A DNA stretch of 64,000 nt from Candidatus Saccharimonadales bacterium (GTDB lineage Bacteria > Patescibacteriota > Saccharimonadia > Saccharimonadales > 2-12-FULL-41-12), in NCBI GenBank assembly GCA_036276755.1, contig DASUOG010000028.1:1040-65039 (forward strand). Direction: 5' to 3'. Within the stretch, counting starts at the first letter, position 1, and every line of letters starts with the position of its first letter. Positions 54,568 through 64,000 of the stretch are shown here, piece by piece. The translations under genes and the position numbers were made by a program. The notes under the pieces were generated by a model. The model had not been told where the DNA came from and ran no database searches. It saw only the letters and a list, made by a program, of their open reading frames with translations.

Positions 54568-56628
54568 TTAATCTATGCGGGCATCTTGATTGAGCAGACG
54601 CGAGCGCATCTCGGCATACCGCTTTTGTAATTCTTCTGCTTCCTCCTGGGGGCTTTTCTTCTGAGCCGGCTGGCCGTTTGCCTTCTGTTGTACCGCCCGG
54701 CGCAGTCCGATTATGTTCACCACGGGTATGACTATCGGGCTTCGGCCGGTCTGGTCGTACAAGAAATGAGTTATATGTTCTTTCAGCTCCAGTTTGAACC
54801 TATCTACATCAACTCTTTTGAACCGCTGGGCGACCGCCCGCTTAAGTTCCGTCCTGAAGCTATTCATCAGCTCTTCTTCGTCTTTCATATATATAAAGCC
54901 GCGACTGATGATATCCGGACTGGTCATCAACTGCCCGGTCTTCTTATCGATCGTTAGGACTATGGCCACCAAGCCTTCGTTGCTGAGCATCAACCGGTCC
55001 TTGACCACGACGCTGCTGACAATGGCGCCTGTCTGGTCCACCAGAACCGTGCCGTGAGGAATCTTTTCGCCAAGTTCCATGGTGTTTTTAGTAAACAGGA
55101 CCGTTTCACCGTTACCGACGTTCAGGCAGTTTTTCCTGGGGATACCATGTTCGACGGCCAGTTCGATGTGATATTTCTTAGCCGTATAATCGCCATATAT
55201 CGGGATAAAGAATTTCGGGCGGACCATATCGATCATCTCACCATACTCATCACGGCTGGCATGACCGGAAACGTGTAATGGACCGCAACTATCGACATCC
55301 CTGCTCTCGTGCCGGAAAATGTGGACGTTTTTTCTGAACATATCATTGACCATGTTCCTGACCGTGGAATCATTGCCTGTATACGGTATCGGGGTGCTGG
55401 AAAGAACTACGGTGTCCTGTTCCTTGAGCTTGATGTGGGCATGGTCGCCGGTAGACATCCGCTGTAGAGCCGAATTAGGTTCCCCTTGGGAACCGGTGCA
55501 TACGATGATGACTTCGTCGTCCTTCATGTTCGGCACGCTGGCGATCGGTACGAACGTGCCTTTGGGCACCTTGACGAAGCCGTTGCGGATGGCCATTTCG
55601 AGAGTGCTGACCATGCTGCGACCGTCCATAGCGACCTTTTTGTTGTGGTGAACGGCCGCGTTGATAAGCATCTGCACGCGGTTCATGTTCGTCGAGAACA
55701 AGCTGATAAATATCCGGCCGGGCGCCTGGCTCATAATATCTTTGAAGGTCTGTTCGATAGTACTTTCCGATGGGGTACGCCCCAGCCGATCAGATGTGGT
55801 GCTTTCGCTTAGCAACACTAAAACACCTTCTTTGCCCAGTTGCTTAAGCCTCTCTACATCAGTCCGTTCGTGGTCAAGTGGATTCGGATCCAGGCGGAAA
55901 TCGCCGGTATTGATAATCCGCCCTACCGGTGTGTCCAGCACGATACAGTTGCTGCCGGGTATGGAGTGCGTGATCCGTACCAGTTCGACGAAGAATTCGC
56001 CGACTTTCAGCCGTTCATGATTGTCCTCGTTCATTATCACCGTCTTAAGCTCGAAGTTTTCGGGCAGTGGCAGAGAGAAATTCTCGAATATTTCTTCAAC
56101 CCGGCCGATAGTGAACCGGCTGCCGTATACCGGTGCCGGATATTTTGGCAATATATGCGGCAAGGCACCGATGTGGTCCAAGTGTCCGTGTGTAATTACA
56201 TATGCCTTAAGTTTGTGCTTTATTGAGTCCAGATAACTCATGTCGGCTATGCCATAATTGATGCCCGGCAGATCGACCCCCAGGTCACTGCCGCAATCCA
56301 TGATTATCGCGTCATTCTTATACTCGACAAGCAGGGTGTTTTTTGAACCGCCGCCGTCCATGCCGCCAAAACCTACAAACTTCAGCCGCGGGCTGTCGTC
56401 AATAAAGTTAGCCCTCGGCCGCGGTTGCTCCTTGTTTCCACCGTTGGCGGCGGCGGTCATGTACTGGCTGGCTTTCCGGTGGGCGTCTTCGTTAGCCCGC
56501 CTTTGGGCACGAATAGCCGCGCCGCGGCTGGAACTTAGCCGCTGGCCGTTGGTTTTCTTTTGCCGGGAACTGTTTTTTGGTTTCTTATTCCCCGGCTGCT
56601 TGGGTTTATTTACATTCTTATTGTTCAT
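54568..56628 (-). CDS. rnj: ribonuclease J
   Basis: Metallo-beta-lactamase motif ITHGHLDHIG, a beta-CASP region, HVSGHASRDE. Lys/Arg-rich N-terminal extension of roughly 80 aa. Confidence 0.9.
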   Translation of the reverse strand: MNNKNVNKPKQPGNKKPKNSSRQKKTNGQRLSSSRGAAIRAQRRANEDAHRKASQYMTAAANGGNKEQPRPRANFIDDSPRLKFVGFGGMDGGGSKNTLLVEYKNDAIIMDCGSDLGVDLPGINYGIADMSYLDSIKHKLKAYVITHGHLDHIGALPHILPKYPAPVYGSRFTIGRVEEIFENFSLPLPENFELKTVIMNEDNHERLKVGEFFVELVRITHSIPGSNCIVLDTPVGRIINTGDFRLDPNPLDHERTDVERLKQLGKEGVLVLLSESTTSDRLGRTPSESTIEQTFKDIMSQAPGRIFISLFSTNMNRVQMLINAAVHHNKKVAMDGRSMVSTLEMAIRNGFVKVPKGTFVPIASVPNMKDDEVIIVCTGSQGEPNSALQRMSTGDHAHIKLKEQDTVVLSSTPIPYTGNDSTVRNMVNDMFRKNVHIFRHESRDVDSCGPLHVSGHASRDEYGEMIDMVRPKFFIPIYGDYTAKKYHIELAVEHGIPRKNCLNVGNGETVLFTKNTMELGEKIPHGTVLVDQTGAIVSSVVVKDRLMLSNEGLVAIVLTIDKKTGQLMTSPDIISRGFIYMKDEEELMNSFRTELKRAVAQRFKRVDVDRFKLELKEHITHFLYDQTGRSPIVIPVVNIIGLRRAVQQKANGQPAQKKSPQEEAEELQKRYAEMRSRLLNQDARID

Positions 56629-56632
56629 TAAA

Positions 56633-57259
56633 TTATTTTCCTTGTTTATCGTCGTTATTAATTAGTTCTATTATCTTTGGTACCGCCTGGAAGTCATCGA
56701 TCAGGGTCTCACGCATGGCCGAGTTATAAAGTGCCGCGGCCGGGTGGAACAAAGGCAAGATGACTATTTTGCCGTTACCCAGGCGGATGCGTTTTGGCTG
56801 GCCGTGAATCTTGCTTATCCGCATGTCGGGCAGGAAATATTCCATACTGTGCCGGCCGAGTGTAGCGATGATCTTCGGGCCGATGACGTGGATTTCCCGG
56901 AGCAGAAACGGCCAGAAAGCCTTTTTCTCATCAGGCAGGGGGTCGCGATTGTTCGGTGGGCGATACTTGACGATGTTGCTAATGTAAACGTCCTCCCGCC
57001 TCATGCCTACCATCGTAAGCATCTCATCTAAAAATTTGCCGGCAGCTCCGACGAACGGTTCTCCTTGCAAATCTTCGTTCTTACCGGGCGCTTCGCCGAT
57101 GAACATCACTTCCGCGTCGGGATTTCCTACTCCCATGACAAGGTTCGTGGCTTCTTTGGCCAAATCCGGGCAGATATCTTTTGCGGTGATATCCGCTTTG
57201 ATCTGATCAAGAAGTAATCTCTTATCGCTTTTTTGTTTTGCCTTTTGCATTTGCGCCAA
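56633..57259 (-). CDS. udg: uracil-DNA glycosylase, family 4
   Basis: FIGEAPGKNEDLQGEPFVGAAGKFLDEML (GEAPG motif) and a C-terminal HPAAALY-type motif (LFHPAAALYN). Confidence 0.88.
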   Translation of the reverse strand: MAQMQKAKQKSDKRLLLDQIKADITAKDICPDLAKEATNLVMGVGNPDAEVMFIGEAPGKNEDLQGEPFVGAAGKFLDEMLTMVGMRREDVYISNIVKYRPPNNRDPLPDEKKAFWPFLLREIHVIGPKIIATLGRHSMEYFLPDMRISKIHGQPKRIRLGNGKIVILPLFHPAAALYNSAMRETLIDDFQAVPKIIELINNDDKQGK

Positions 57260-57461
57260 CTCCTCGCTGAATTACAGCGTGCGATAGGTTGTTCAATCCG
57301 CCAATGAACAGCAGCAAGCCCAGCAGCCACTGCCATAAACTACCGGTATCTATAGCCCTCGAAATAATCAGGTAACAAAGAAAGAGTTCGATTAGGCCGA
57401 AGGTAATCCTGCCTTTCCTGGTCTTATGAAACCTGTCGATCTCCGCTGTAGTGCTACCCAT
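57222..57461 (-). CDS. small two-TM membrane protein (start re-assigned to ATG 57461)
   Basis: The ATG lies 1 nt after the pnp TGA. Two hydrophobic helices (ITFGLIELFLCYLIISRAI; LWQWLLGLLLFIGGL). It overlaps the udg start by 38 nt, so one of the two starts may be wrong. Confidence 0.4.
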   Translation of the reverse strand: MGSTTAEIDRFHKTRKGRITFGLIELFLCYLIISRAIDTGSLWQWLLGLLLFIGGLNNLSHAVIQRGVGANAKGKTKKR

Positions 57462-57462
57462 G

Positions 57463-59604
57463 TCAACCTTGCTTTCCGCGGTCACGCGCTACCGCCTTCA
57501 TACTTAACTGCAGCCTGCCGCGATCATCGATGGCGACCAGTTTAACGTCGACCTTATCGCCTTCCTTAACCACGTCGGAAGGGCGGTTCACCCTCTCTTC
57601 GCGCATCTCGGAGACATGGACCAAGCCTTCCTTGCCAGGCAGTATCTCGACGAACGCGCCGAATTCCAGCACGCTGATAACCGTGCAGTCCTTATATATC
57701 TTACCGACTTCCGGTTCGGCGGTAAGCGTCTGTATGAATTGTATCGCCCCGTCGATGCTCTGTTTATTAGGGCTGGCTATCATGACGGTGCCGTCGTCTT
57801 TGATATCGATTTCCGCGCCGGTCTCAGCAATTATCTTATTGATGGTTTCTCCCCCTTTGCCGATAACTTCACGGATCTTATCAGGATTTATCTTGATAGT
57901 TTCCACCTGTGGTGCATATTTACTTATGCTGGCTTTGGGGCGGCTCAAAGTCTTTAGCATATGGTCTAAGATTGCCTTGCGGCCTTTCGTGGCTTGTGTT
58001 AAAGCCTGCTTTAAAATATCAATGCCAAGTCCATGCACCTTCATATCCATCTGCAACGCAGTGATACCGCGCGGCGTACCGGCCACCTTGAAGTCCATAT
58101 CACCGGCGAAATCCTCGGCATCGGCAATATCACTCAGAATAAACGGCTTGCCGTCTTTGGACAGCATCAGGCCCATCGCGATTCCGCTCACCGGAGCAGT
58201 CAACGGTACACCGGCGTCCATCAACGCCAAACAGCTCGAACAGGCGGCCGCCATCGAGGTACTGCCGTTTTGGCTCATTATTTCGGTCACGGAACGGATG
58301 GTGTAAGGGAAATCGCTCTCCGCGGGTAATACTGGCAATAACGCTCTTTCTGCCAGATAACCGTGGCCGATTTCACGCCGACCGGGGCTACCCAGCCGCC
58401 TGACTTCGCCGACCGTGTAACCCGGCGCGTTATAGTGATGCATGTAGCGTCTCTCGCCTTCTTTTTCCATAGTATCCACGACTTGGGCATAACTAAGCGG
58501 GGCTAGCGTAACAACGTTGAACGCCTGAGTAACTCCTCTGGTAAACAGGCTGGACCCGTGGGCCCGGGGCAAAAGATCAACTTCGCTAGACAGAGGGCGG
58601 ATCTCGTCCATAGCCCGTCCGTCGGGACGAATGTTAAACTCCGTTATCTCCTTACGCACATCCCGGTGTAAGGCCAGAGTAAAGGCATCGTCATATTCCT
58701 GCTTGAGTTCGGCGAAGCTGTCTTCGCCAAGTTCCTCAGAAAACCTTGCCTGCATCTGGTCCCGCAGATCGCGGATCATCTGGTTACGTTCGGGGTAAGG
58801 TGCGCGCAGGTTCGCCCCTAGTTTGCCTTCGAGCCAGGTTTCTACTTCCTTTTGTATAGCATCATCCGGAAGGGTAAGCTTATATTCCTGCTTGTTTACT
58901 CCGATTTTCTTGATCAATTCATTCTGCAGGTCAATCGCCGGCTGCAGTTGCTTATGGGCATATTCCATGGCACCGATGACGTCATTCTCGCTCGCTTCGT
59001 TAGCGCCGGCTTCAACCATCATTATCCCGTCTTTGGTTCCTGCTACCACCAGATCAAGCGGACCTTCATTCAATTCCTGATTGGCAGCGAAAGCCTTGTA
59101 CTTACCGTCAGCCATACCTACGCGCACACCGGCCACCGGCCCTTCGAACGGAGCGCCGCTCAGCATGAATGCCGCGCTCATAGCTATCATCGCTATCGCA
59201 TCGGGTCGAAAGTCAGGGTCCATGCTCATGACGGTAGCTACTCCTTGTACTTCGTGCCTGTAGCCCTTGGGCCAAAGCGGACGTATCGGCCGGTCAATCA
59301 AACGGCCGATCAAAACGGCGTCGTCGCTGGGCCGACCTTCGCGCTTTATGAACCGGCTGCCGCTGATCTTGCCGGCCGCATACATTTTTTCTTCATAATC
59401 AATGCTTAGCGGGAAATAGTCGAACCCTTCTTTTGGTTTATCGCCGACCATGGCCGTACCAAGCACTACCGTATCACCGTACTTAGCCAGGACGCTGGCG
59501 CTGGTACGGAAACCTATTCTGTGGACTTCCAAGGAGAGTTCGCGGCCGCAGAACTGGGTGGTTACCTTTGTAATCTTTTTACCATATGGGTTTATGGTGC
59601 TCAT
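57463..59604 (-). CDS. pnp: polyribonucleotide nucleotidyltransferase (PNPase)
   Basis: Two RNase PH domains (..REGRPSD..IGRLIDRPIRPL.., ..GRREIGHG..), a KH domain (IGKGGETINKI) and an S1 domain (G.V..V..FGAFVEILPGKEGLVHVSE). Confidence 0.95.
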   Translation of the reverse strand: MSTINPYGKKITKVTTQFCGRELSLEVHRIGFRTSASVLAKYGDTVVLGTAMVGDKPKEGFDYFPLSIDYEEKMYAAGKISGSRFIKREGRPSDDAVLIGRLIDRPIRPLWPKGYRHEVQGVATVMSMDPDFRPDAIAMIAMSAAFMLSGAPFEGPVAGVRVGMADGKYKAFAANQELNEGPLDLVVAGTKDGIMMVEAGANEASENDVIGAMEYAHKQLQPAIDLQNELIKKIGVNKQEYKLTLPDDAIQKEVETWLEGKLGANLRAPYPERNQMIRDLRDQMQARFSEELGEDSFAELKQEYDDAFTLALHRDVRKEITEFNIRPDGRAMDEIRPLSSEVDLLPRAHGSSLFTRGVTQAFNVVTLAPLSYAQVVDTMEKEGERRYMHHYNAPGYTVGEVRRLGSPGRREIGHGYLAERALLPVLPAESDFPYTIRSVTEIMSQNGSTSMAAACSSCLALMDAGVPLTAPVSGIAMGLMLSKDGKPFILSDIADAEDFAGDMDFKVAGTPRGITALQMDMKVHGLGIDILKQALTQATKGRKAILDHMLKTLSRPKASISKYAPQVETIKINPDKIREVIGKGGETINKIIAETGAEIDIKDDGTVMIASPNKQSIDGAIQFIQTLTAEPEVGKIYKDCTVISVLEFGAFVEILPGKEGLVHVSEMREERVNRPSDVVKEGDKVDVKLVAIDDRGRLQLSMKAVARDRGKQG

Positions 59605-59756
59605 TATTTTATGTTCCTTTCCGAAGTAACAGGGTTCAACTTTTCGCTAATAAGGCGAATAGCTGCTGCTCTATCACTCCGTTTATATTTAACATTTACA
59701 GTTTACAGCTCACATTTTTATTCAAATGTGAAATGATAAATGTAAATTTAAGGTTC

Positions 59757-60023
59757 CTATTTGCGAATGTTCAGTTTCTTTATCAATGCCAAGTATTTCT
59801 TGGGTTCATTGTCGGCCAAATACTTAAGAAGCTTTTTGCGTTTGCCGACCATCTGAAGCAACCCCCGCCGGGCGGCGAAATCCTTTTTATTGACCTTTAA
59901 ATGCTCGGTCAATTCGGCAATCCTGGCAGTGAGAATTCCCACTTGTGCTTCAGGGGAACCGGTATTCTTCTTGTCTTTGGTTAATTCAGCAATTATCGAT
60001 TGCTTTTTCTCAGAGGTAATCAT
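59757..60023 (-). CDS. rpsO: 30S ribosomal protein S15
   Basis: GSPEAQVGILTARIAELTEHLKVNKKDFAARRGLLQMVGKRKKLLKYL. Confidence 0.93.
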   Translation of the reverse strand: MITSEKKQSIIAELTKDKKNTGSPEAQVGILTARIAELTEHLKVNKKDFAARRGLLQMVGKRKKLLKYLADNEPKKYLALIKKLNIRK

Positions 60024-60060
60024 TCGTTAACTGGGATTATAGCACACTCTTATCTGTTTT

Positions 60061-60732
60061 TCAAGTTGTTATACTTTCCGTGATCGCCGGATTTGTAGGT
60101 GGTATAGCCCCGGCTAAACCAAACTTTCCGATCTTTAGTCTTGTTAATTTGGTCAAGTAAGCTCCGGTCCCGAGTTTATGGCCAATATCTTCACCAAGCG
60201 AGCGGATGTAAGTCCCTGAAGATACTTTGGTTGTAAATGACAGGTACGGAAAATCGTAATTTACACTTGTTATTGCGTAGATTTTGACCTTTCTTGGCTC
60301 CAGTTTTAGCTCTTTGCCTTCCCTGGCTAATTTATACGCTCTCCTGCCTCCTATCTTTACGGCCGAATATGCCGGCGGGATTTGCTCAATCTCACCGATA
60401 AATGATTTTAAAGCTTGCTCAATTTCCTTTTCTGACGGTTTCTTATCTGATACATCGGTCTTTTTTCCTTCTGCATCACCGGTGGAGCTGGTTTTGCCGA
60501 GCTTCATAGTAGCTTCATAGGTTTTATCCAGCTTGGAAAATTCAGCCGCGCGTTTGGTATAGCTTCCGACAACTAGAATCAAAAGCCCGGTAGCCATCGG
60601 GTCAAGCGTACCGGTATGGCCGACCTTTACTTTTTTATTGGCCTGTTTGTTTAAAATGCCGCGGACTTTGGCTACCACGTCATGCGATGTCCAGCCTTCG
60701 GGCTTATCAATCAACAATAATCCGTTAAACAT
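60061..60732 (-). CDS. truB: tRNA pseudouridine(55) synthase
   Basis: GLLLIDKPEGWTSHDVV, catalytic Asp motif GHTGTLDPMATGLL, PPAYSAVK. Confidence 0.92.
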   Translation of the reverse strand: MFNGLLLIDKPEGWTSHDVVAKVRGILNKQANKKVKVGHTGTLDPMATGLLILVVGSYTKRAAEFSKLDKTYEATMKLGKTSSTGDAEGKKTDVSDKKPSEKEIEQALKSFIGEIEQIPPAYSAVKIGGRRAYKLAREGKELKLEPRKVKIYAITSVNYDFPYLSFTTKVSSGTYIRSLGEDIGHKLGTGAYLTKLTRLKIGKFGLAGAIPPTNPAITESITT

Positions 60733-60764
60733 ACTTATGAGCTTAACAGATAAGCCCTTGTGGC

Positions 60765-62285
60765 TTAAGAATCAGTCGGCGGCAAATAAGGAGGCGGGGT
60801 TTGCGGCGGCGGTAAATTCTTTTTGGGGTCAAGCGTAGCTGATTCCGGCGGCGTGTCATTGCCACCGCCAGGATCCGTCGAGCCGCTGCTGTTAGGCTCG
60901 GAAGGTCCGGTAGTGTCGTTGCTTTGGTCGTCAAGGTGCGGGCTATCGACGCTTTTTTCGATCTCACTCAAGGTTTGGGTATCTTCTATGCTCAAGTCCT
61001 TGCCTTTGGCCAGACCGCTGTCATCATTTTCAGGAAAAAGCGTATCCGTGGCCGCATCACCGCTTCGTGACCGGCTGAGCAAAGGAGTATCGGGCAGGTT
61101 ACTGCTCAGGGGATCGGTACTCCCGGTGTACTGGCCTTCTTCGGGAGTAGAGTTGGCCGTTAATTTACCGCTAAATTCCGGCGGTTCATGTATTACCTTG
61201 GGCTTACTGATAGTAGCTTTCGTATCATTTTCCCCTTCCTCGAGTTTATCCGGTCCGGTTGTCGGACCGACATCGGTAGGAGCTTCCGGCTCTGCCGGTT
61301 CTATCGGTTCTACCGGCGGCGGAGGCAACTCATCTGTCCCGCTGCCTGCCGGCTCGGACTTTTCTTCGGGCTCCTGCGGTGGCGGCTGGATTTCTTCCAG
61401 CTCTACGGGCTGGTTGTCTGCTTGTTTCGGATGATCAATCCGGAGCACGCCTCCGTCAGAGCCGTCCGGTTGCTCTTGAGCGGGTTCCGAGGTGGTTTGG
61501 GCAGGACCGCTGGCGAGCTCGCTGCTGACCAGCTGGGTGCTCGCACCCGCCGACATCAACAAACCGGCTACCGACATGGTATGCGGCGCGGCCTTATCAT
61601 TGCTGTATCTGTCCGTTTCAGCGACTATACCCGTCAATAATGCGGTAGCGTTCTGGCTATCAAAGATATTGCTGTCCAATTCGCTGGCGATATCGGCCAC
61701 CATTTCGCACAGACTGCTGGCACGGTTGTCGCTCCAGTTGAGGCTGCCGACTTTGCTATGCTTGGACGTATTGATAGATATTACCGTAGCATCATGCAGG
61801 ATACGGCCGTGGCTTAGAATCGCCTTGTCTATGTGATTCTTGTCCTGGACCCCCAGGGCAACTACTACGTCAACGTTCAGGTCGCCTTGGCTGAATTCCA
61901 GGTCTTTCTCGGTGATACTGGTCTTGTAGGGCGTTATGAATATCTTTACGACGTCATTTTCGACTTTGTAGCGCAGCTTATCGGCTTTGGATTTGTCCAG
62001 GGCTATTATAAAGTCCCGCAGACTGTCGGTATTTTTTTCCAGGGTTTTTTCAGGCTTTAGAAAATCAAGAGCCGAAGGCACCCTGCCGCTGAACACCGCG
62101 TTGGCATGCTTACCCACCTTGTTCAATACCAGCGTCAAGCCTATACAGGCCGCGAACTGGTCTACCGTGGGGTCAGTGCTTATGGTAACGAGAACATTGT
62201 TGGCCGATCTTACCTTGTCGACGACCTGCTCGAATTCGTCCTTGTTGTGCACATCCTTATTCGTGGAGTTATCTGACGGGTTCAT
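60765..62285 (-). CDS. DHH-fold (NrnA-like) protein with degenerate catalytic motifs and a long Pro/Glu/Ser-rich disordered C-terminus
   Basis: Sits at the usual nrnA slot upstream of truB-rpsO-pnp. The N-terminal fold pattern is present (VLVTISTDPTVDQFAACIGL, FIIALD, VVVALG, VISINT), but His/Asp residues of the DHH motifs are replaced. The C-terminal roughly 260 aa are low complexity. Confidence 0.55.
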   Translation of the reverse strand: MNPSDNSTNKDVHNKDEFEQVVDKVRSANNVLVTISTDPTVDQFAACIGLTLVLNKVGKHANAVFSGRVPSALDFLKPEKTLEKNTDSLRDFIIALDKSKADKLRYKVENDVVKIFITPYKTSITEKDLEFSQGDLNVDVVVALGVQDKNHIDKAILSHGRILHDATVISINTSKHSKVGSLNWSDNRASSLCEMVADIASELDSNIFDSQNATALLTGIVAETDRYSNDKAAPHTMSVAGLLMSAGASTQLVSSELASGPAQTTSEPAQEQPDGSDGGVLRIDHPKQADNQPVELEEIQPPPQEPEEKSEPAGSGTDELPPPPVEPIEPAEPEAPTDVGPTTGPDKLEEGENDTKATISKPKVIHEPPEFSGKLTANSTPEEGQYTGSTDPLSSNLPDTPLLSRSRSGDAATDTLFPENDDSGLAKGKDLSIEDTQTLSEIEKSVDSPHLDDQSNDTTGPSEPNSSGSTDPGGGNDTPPESATLDPKKNLPPPQTPPPYLPPTDS

Positions 62286-62372
62286 TTTTTATTTTTATTT
62301 TCAGCCTTAGCTTATATATAAACCTCACTATACAACCGCTTATGTATTCTGTCTAGATTTTTTTGGATTTTT

Positions 62373-62381
62373 TGCTATAGT
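62373..62381 (+). promoter_or_regulatory. extended -10 promoter element TGCTATAGT upstream of rpsT
   Basis: ttttTGCTATAGTgg read directly, about 48 nt before the ATG. AAGGA RBS precedes the start. Confidence 0.4.
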
Positions 62382-62428
62382 GGTGGTAAAGTATAAAACT
62401 TAACTTAAATTATAAGGATTTAAACCTC

Positions 62429-62827
62429 ATGCCCATTATTAAGTCGGCTCAAAAACGTGTAAGAATCGCGAAAAAGGCCGCTGTTCGCAATCTGCAGACC
62501 AAACGGAATATGAAATCCGCCATAAGGACCATTGAAAAAGCCGTCAAAAGCGGTAAAAAATCCGTCGGCAGCGAATATAACGAAGCTGTCAGCGCCATCG
62601 ATAAGGCTGTCAAGAAGGGCGTGATCCATAAGAACAAGGCTGCCCGCCAAAAAAGCCGGCTGGCCACATTGCTGAAAAAATCAGGTATCAAGATCGCCGT
62701 CGGAACTAAAAAAACCGCTCCGAAGGCCAAAGCTGTAGCGAAGAAAACCGTCAAACCAAAAACGCCTGCCAAAAAGGCCGTCAAAAAACCTGCTGCGAAG
62801 AAAACTTCGGCCAAAGCCAAGAAGTAA
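62429..62827 (+). CDS. rpsT: 30S ribosomal protein S20 with Lys/Ala-rich C-terminal extension
   Basis: MPIIKSAQKRVRIAKKAAVRNLQTKRNMKSAIR... The C-terminal roughly 45 aa is a KKxxAK repeat tail. Confidence 0.9.
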   Translation: MPIIKSAQKRVRIAKKAAVRNLQTKRNMKSAIRTIEKAVKSGKKSVGSEYNEAVSAIDKAVKKGVIHKNKAARQKSRLATLLKKSGIKIAVGTKKTAPKAKAVAKKTVKPKTPAKKAVKKPAAKKTSAKAKK

Positions 62828-64000
62828 TCACGCAGCTATCATTTCCCGGTCCGGCTGATACTGACCGCCGCTGAATATTTGACGCACCCGCTCTTCAACG
62901 TTGCCTTTGAATCCCGCCAGTCGCCAGTTCTGTTTTGGATCGGCTTCGGCGGTTTTTAGCATTTTGTAAGCTTTTAGCATCCAGGCTACTTCCTCAGCCG
63001 CTTTTTTGCCTGCGGCAATTTGTTTTAAGCCTTCCTCTTCGCGATAGTGTCTTTCCAGATCTTCTATATATTTATTGAGGTTTTTATAGGCATTGCCGCC
63101 TTCCGGCACCAGATGGGACCAGCTGCTGTTGACTGCATTTATGAAAGCGGTGCGCTCCGGGCCTGAATCTCCCAGTTCGGAGTAGGCTCGGGTAGCCATT
63201 TTGACCGGGATTTCTTCGCTGCCGGCCTCGAGCAATATGCTGAGCAGATCGCGTTCATGCACATATCCGCCGCCGGGCCGGTACCGGCGCTTCCAAGGAC
63301 TAAGCTTATCCGGATTACCGTCTTCCATCACCTGGGCTATATGTTCGGTTACCGCCTCATCCAGCCAGCGTACCTCAAAACTGCCTAAGACTGCGTGGTT
63401 GAGTTCATGTTTGGTAATCCGCTTAAACTGCTTGCGTATGTCTTCGTAATCTCCGTCGTGAGGGATGACCCCGATCGCCGCCGCGACCACTTCCCGCGAA
63501 CCGCGTCGGTAATATCCGCCGATTTCTTCGAACGTGGTACCGAACAAGTCGCCGGCGTGTACCTGTATGGAGTCCGTCAATTCTATAGCCGGTTGAGTCT
63601 CGGGATGCAGCCAGCCCTCGGCTATGCCCGCCGCTATACCCTGCTTGTATTCACTTTTTTGACGATCTATTTCTTTAGCTATTTCCGGACGTTGGACTAC
63701 TTGCTCCATAGCATGGTTGTGCCACTGCAAAAAGTTCACCAGTTGTCCATTGTCAGCCTGCTCACTTAACCAGCCGGCCCAGTCCATTGGCCGGGTTTCA
63801 TCTGAGTCTTCTTTAAGTTTACTTAAAAACGGCGACGTGATTGAACCGCAATATTCCTCAAACAACCGCCTTTCTTTGGTATCAAGGCGATGAAGCCGCT
63901 CTCGCACACATTCCAAGTCCCTGGGTTTTGAAGATTCACGACGTTTAATATCATTACGCAGTGTAAATAATTCACTGCCGGTTTCGATATCAATATCATC
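62828..64000 (-). CDS. HExxH motif protein (putative Zn metallopeptidase-like), 5' end outside the window
   Basis: Contains ITKHELNHAVLG. The frame upstream of the track TTG start (63916) stays open for 28 more codons to position 64000, so the gene probably begins beyond the window. Confidence 0.5.
   Translation of the reverse strand, partial: DDIDIETGSELFTLRNDIKRRESSKPRDLECVRERLHRLDTKERRLFEEYCGSITSPFLSKLKEDSDETRPMDWAGWLSEQADNGQLVNFLQWHNHAMEQVVQRPEIAKEIDRQKSEYKQGIAAGIAEGWLHPETQPAIELTDSIQVHAGDLFGTTFEEIGGYYRRGSREVVAAAIGVIPHDGDYEDIRKQFKRITKHELNHAVLGSFEVRWLDEAVTEHIAQVMEDGNPDKLSPWKRRYRPGGGYVHERDLLSILLEAGSEEIPVKMATRAYSELGDSGPERTAFINAVNSSWSHLVPEGGNAYKNLNKYIEDLERHYREEEGLKQIAAGKKAAEEVAWMLKAYKMLKTAEADPKQNWRLAGFKGNVEERVRQIFSGGQYQPDREMIAA

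Noticed and set aside
57530-58306. 258-aa plus-strand ORF and several others (57616-57957, 58852-59409) inside pnp
   Set aside because: They are antisense to an unambiguous PNPase gene. Ser/Leu/Ile-rich shadow frames.
60743-61640. Multiple overlapping ORFs in other frames or strands (60743-60967, 60823-61434, 61188-61640) across the Pro-rich tail of the DHH-like gene
   Set aside because: These are artefacts of low-complexity GC-rich repeats that keep several frames open. The 506-aa frame is continuous with the recognisable N-terminal DHH-fold domain.

Overview
Dense, mostly housekeeping chromosomal segment from a small-genome bacterium. Inference: Patescibacteria/CPR, Saccharibacteria-like. 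This rests on stop/start overlaps, charged low-complexity tails on ribosomal and other core proteins, a secretin-less type IV pilus (T4P) block and many large secreted proteins. I found no rRNA, CRISPR array, transposase, prophage or recognisable defence system, and one tRNA (Arg-CCT).

Main blocks:
(1) pabA-pabB, a membrane PPIase, a bPH protein, ndk and xerC.
(2) A roughly 15 kb single-strand T4P block at 5898-21220, carrying pilM-N-O, pilB, pilT, pilC, pilA, pilD and four pilin-like genes. It is headed by a 940-aa secreted protein of unknown function.
(3) A duplicated cassette at 21.2-25.0 kb with two paralogous secreted proteins, a SurA-like protein and a GNAT. It is driven by two alternating, near-identical promoter modules, one of which carries a palindromic operator-like site.
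(4) An F1 plus stalk ATP synthase operon (b-like, delta, alpha, gamma, beta, epsilon). It is preceded by an unusual 281-aa membrane protein instead of atpB/atpE.
(5) A surface-protein locus at 31.3-41.9 kb. It has three paralogous secreted proteins with a conserved C-terminal strand motif, a DUF916/DUF3324-like membrane-anchored Ig-fold protein, a PKD protein and a 1384-aa giant with duplicated jelly-roll modules and an H-type-lectin-like C-terminus. This resembles Firmicute Csc/WxL clusters and is my top candidate for an undescribed surface system.
(6) Housekeeping genes: ychF, an ABC-2 exporter, tlyA, efp, rpsR-ssb-rpsF, ftsK, rnj, udg, pnp-rpsO-truB plus a degenerate DHH protein, and rpsT.

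An orphan ART-PolyVal-like gene sits between ftsK and rnj.

All homology calls come from motif recognition by eye. No searches were run.
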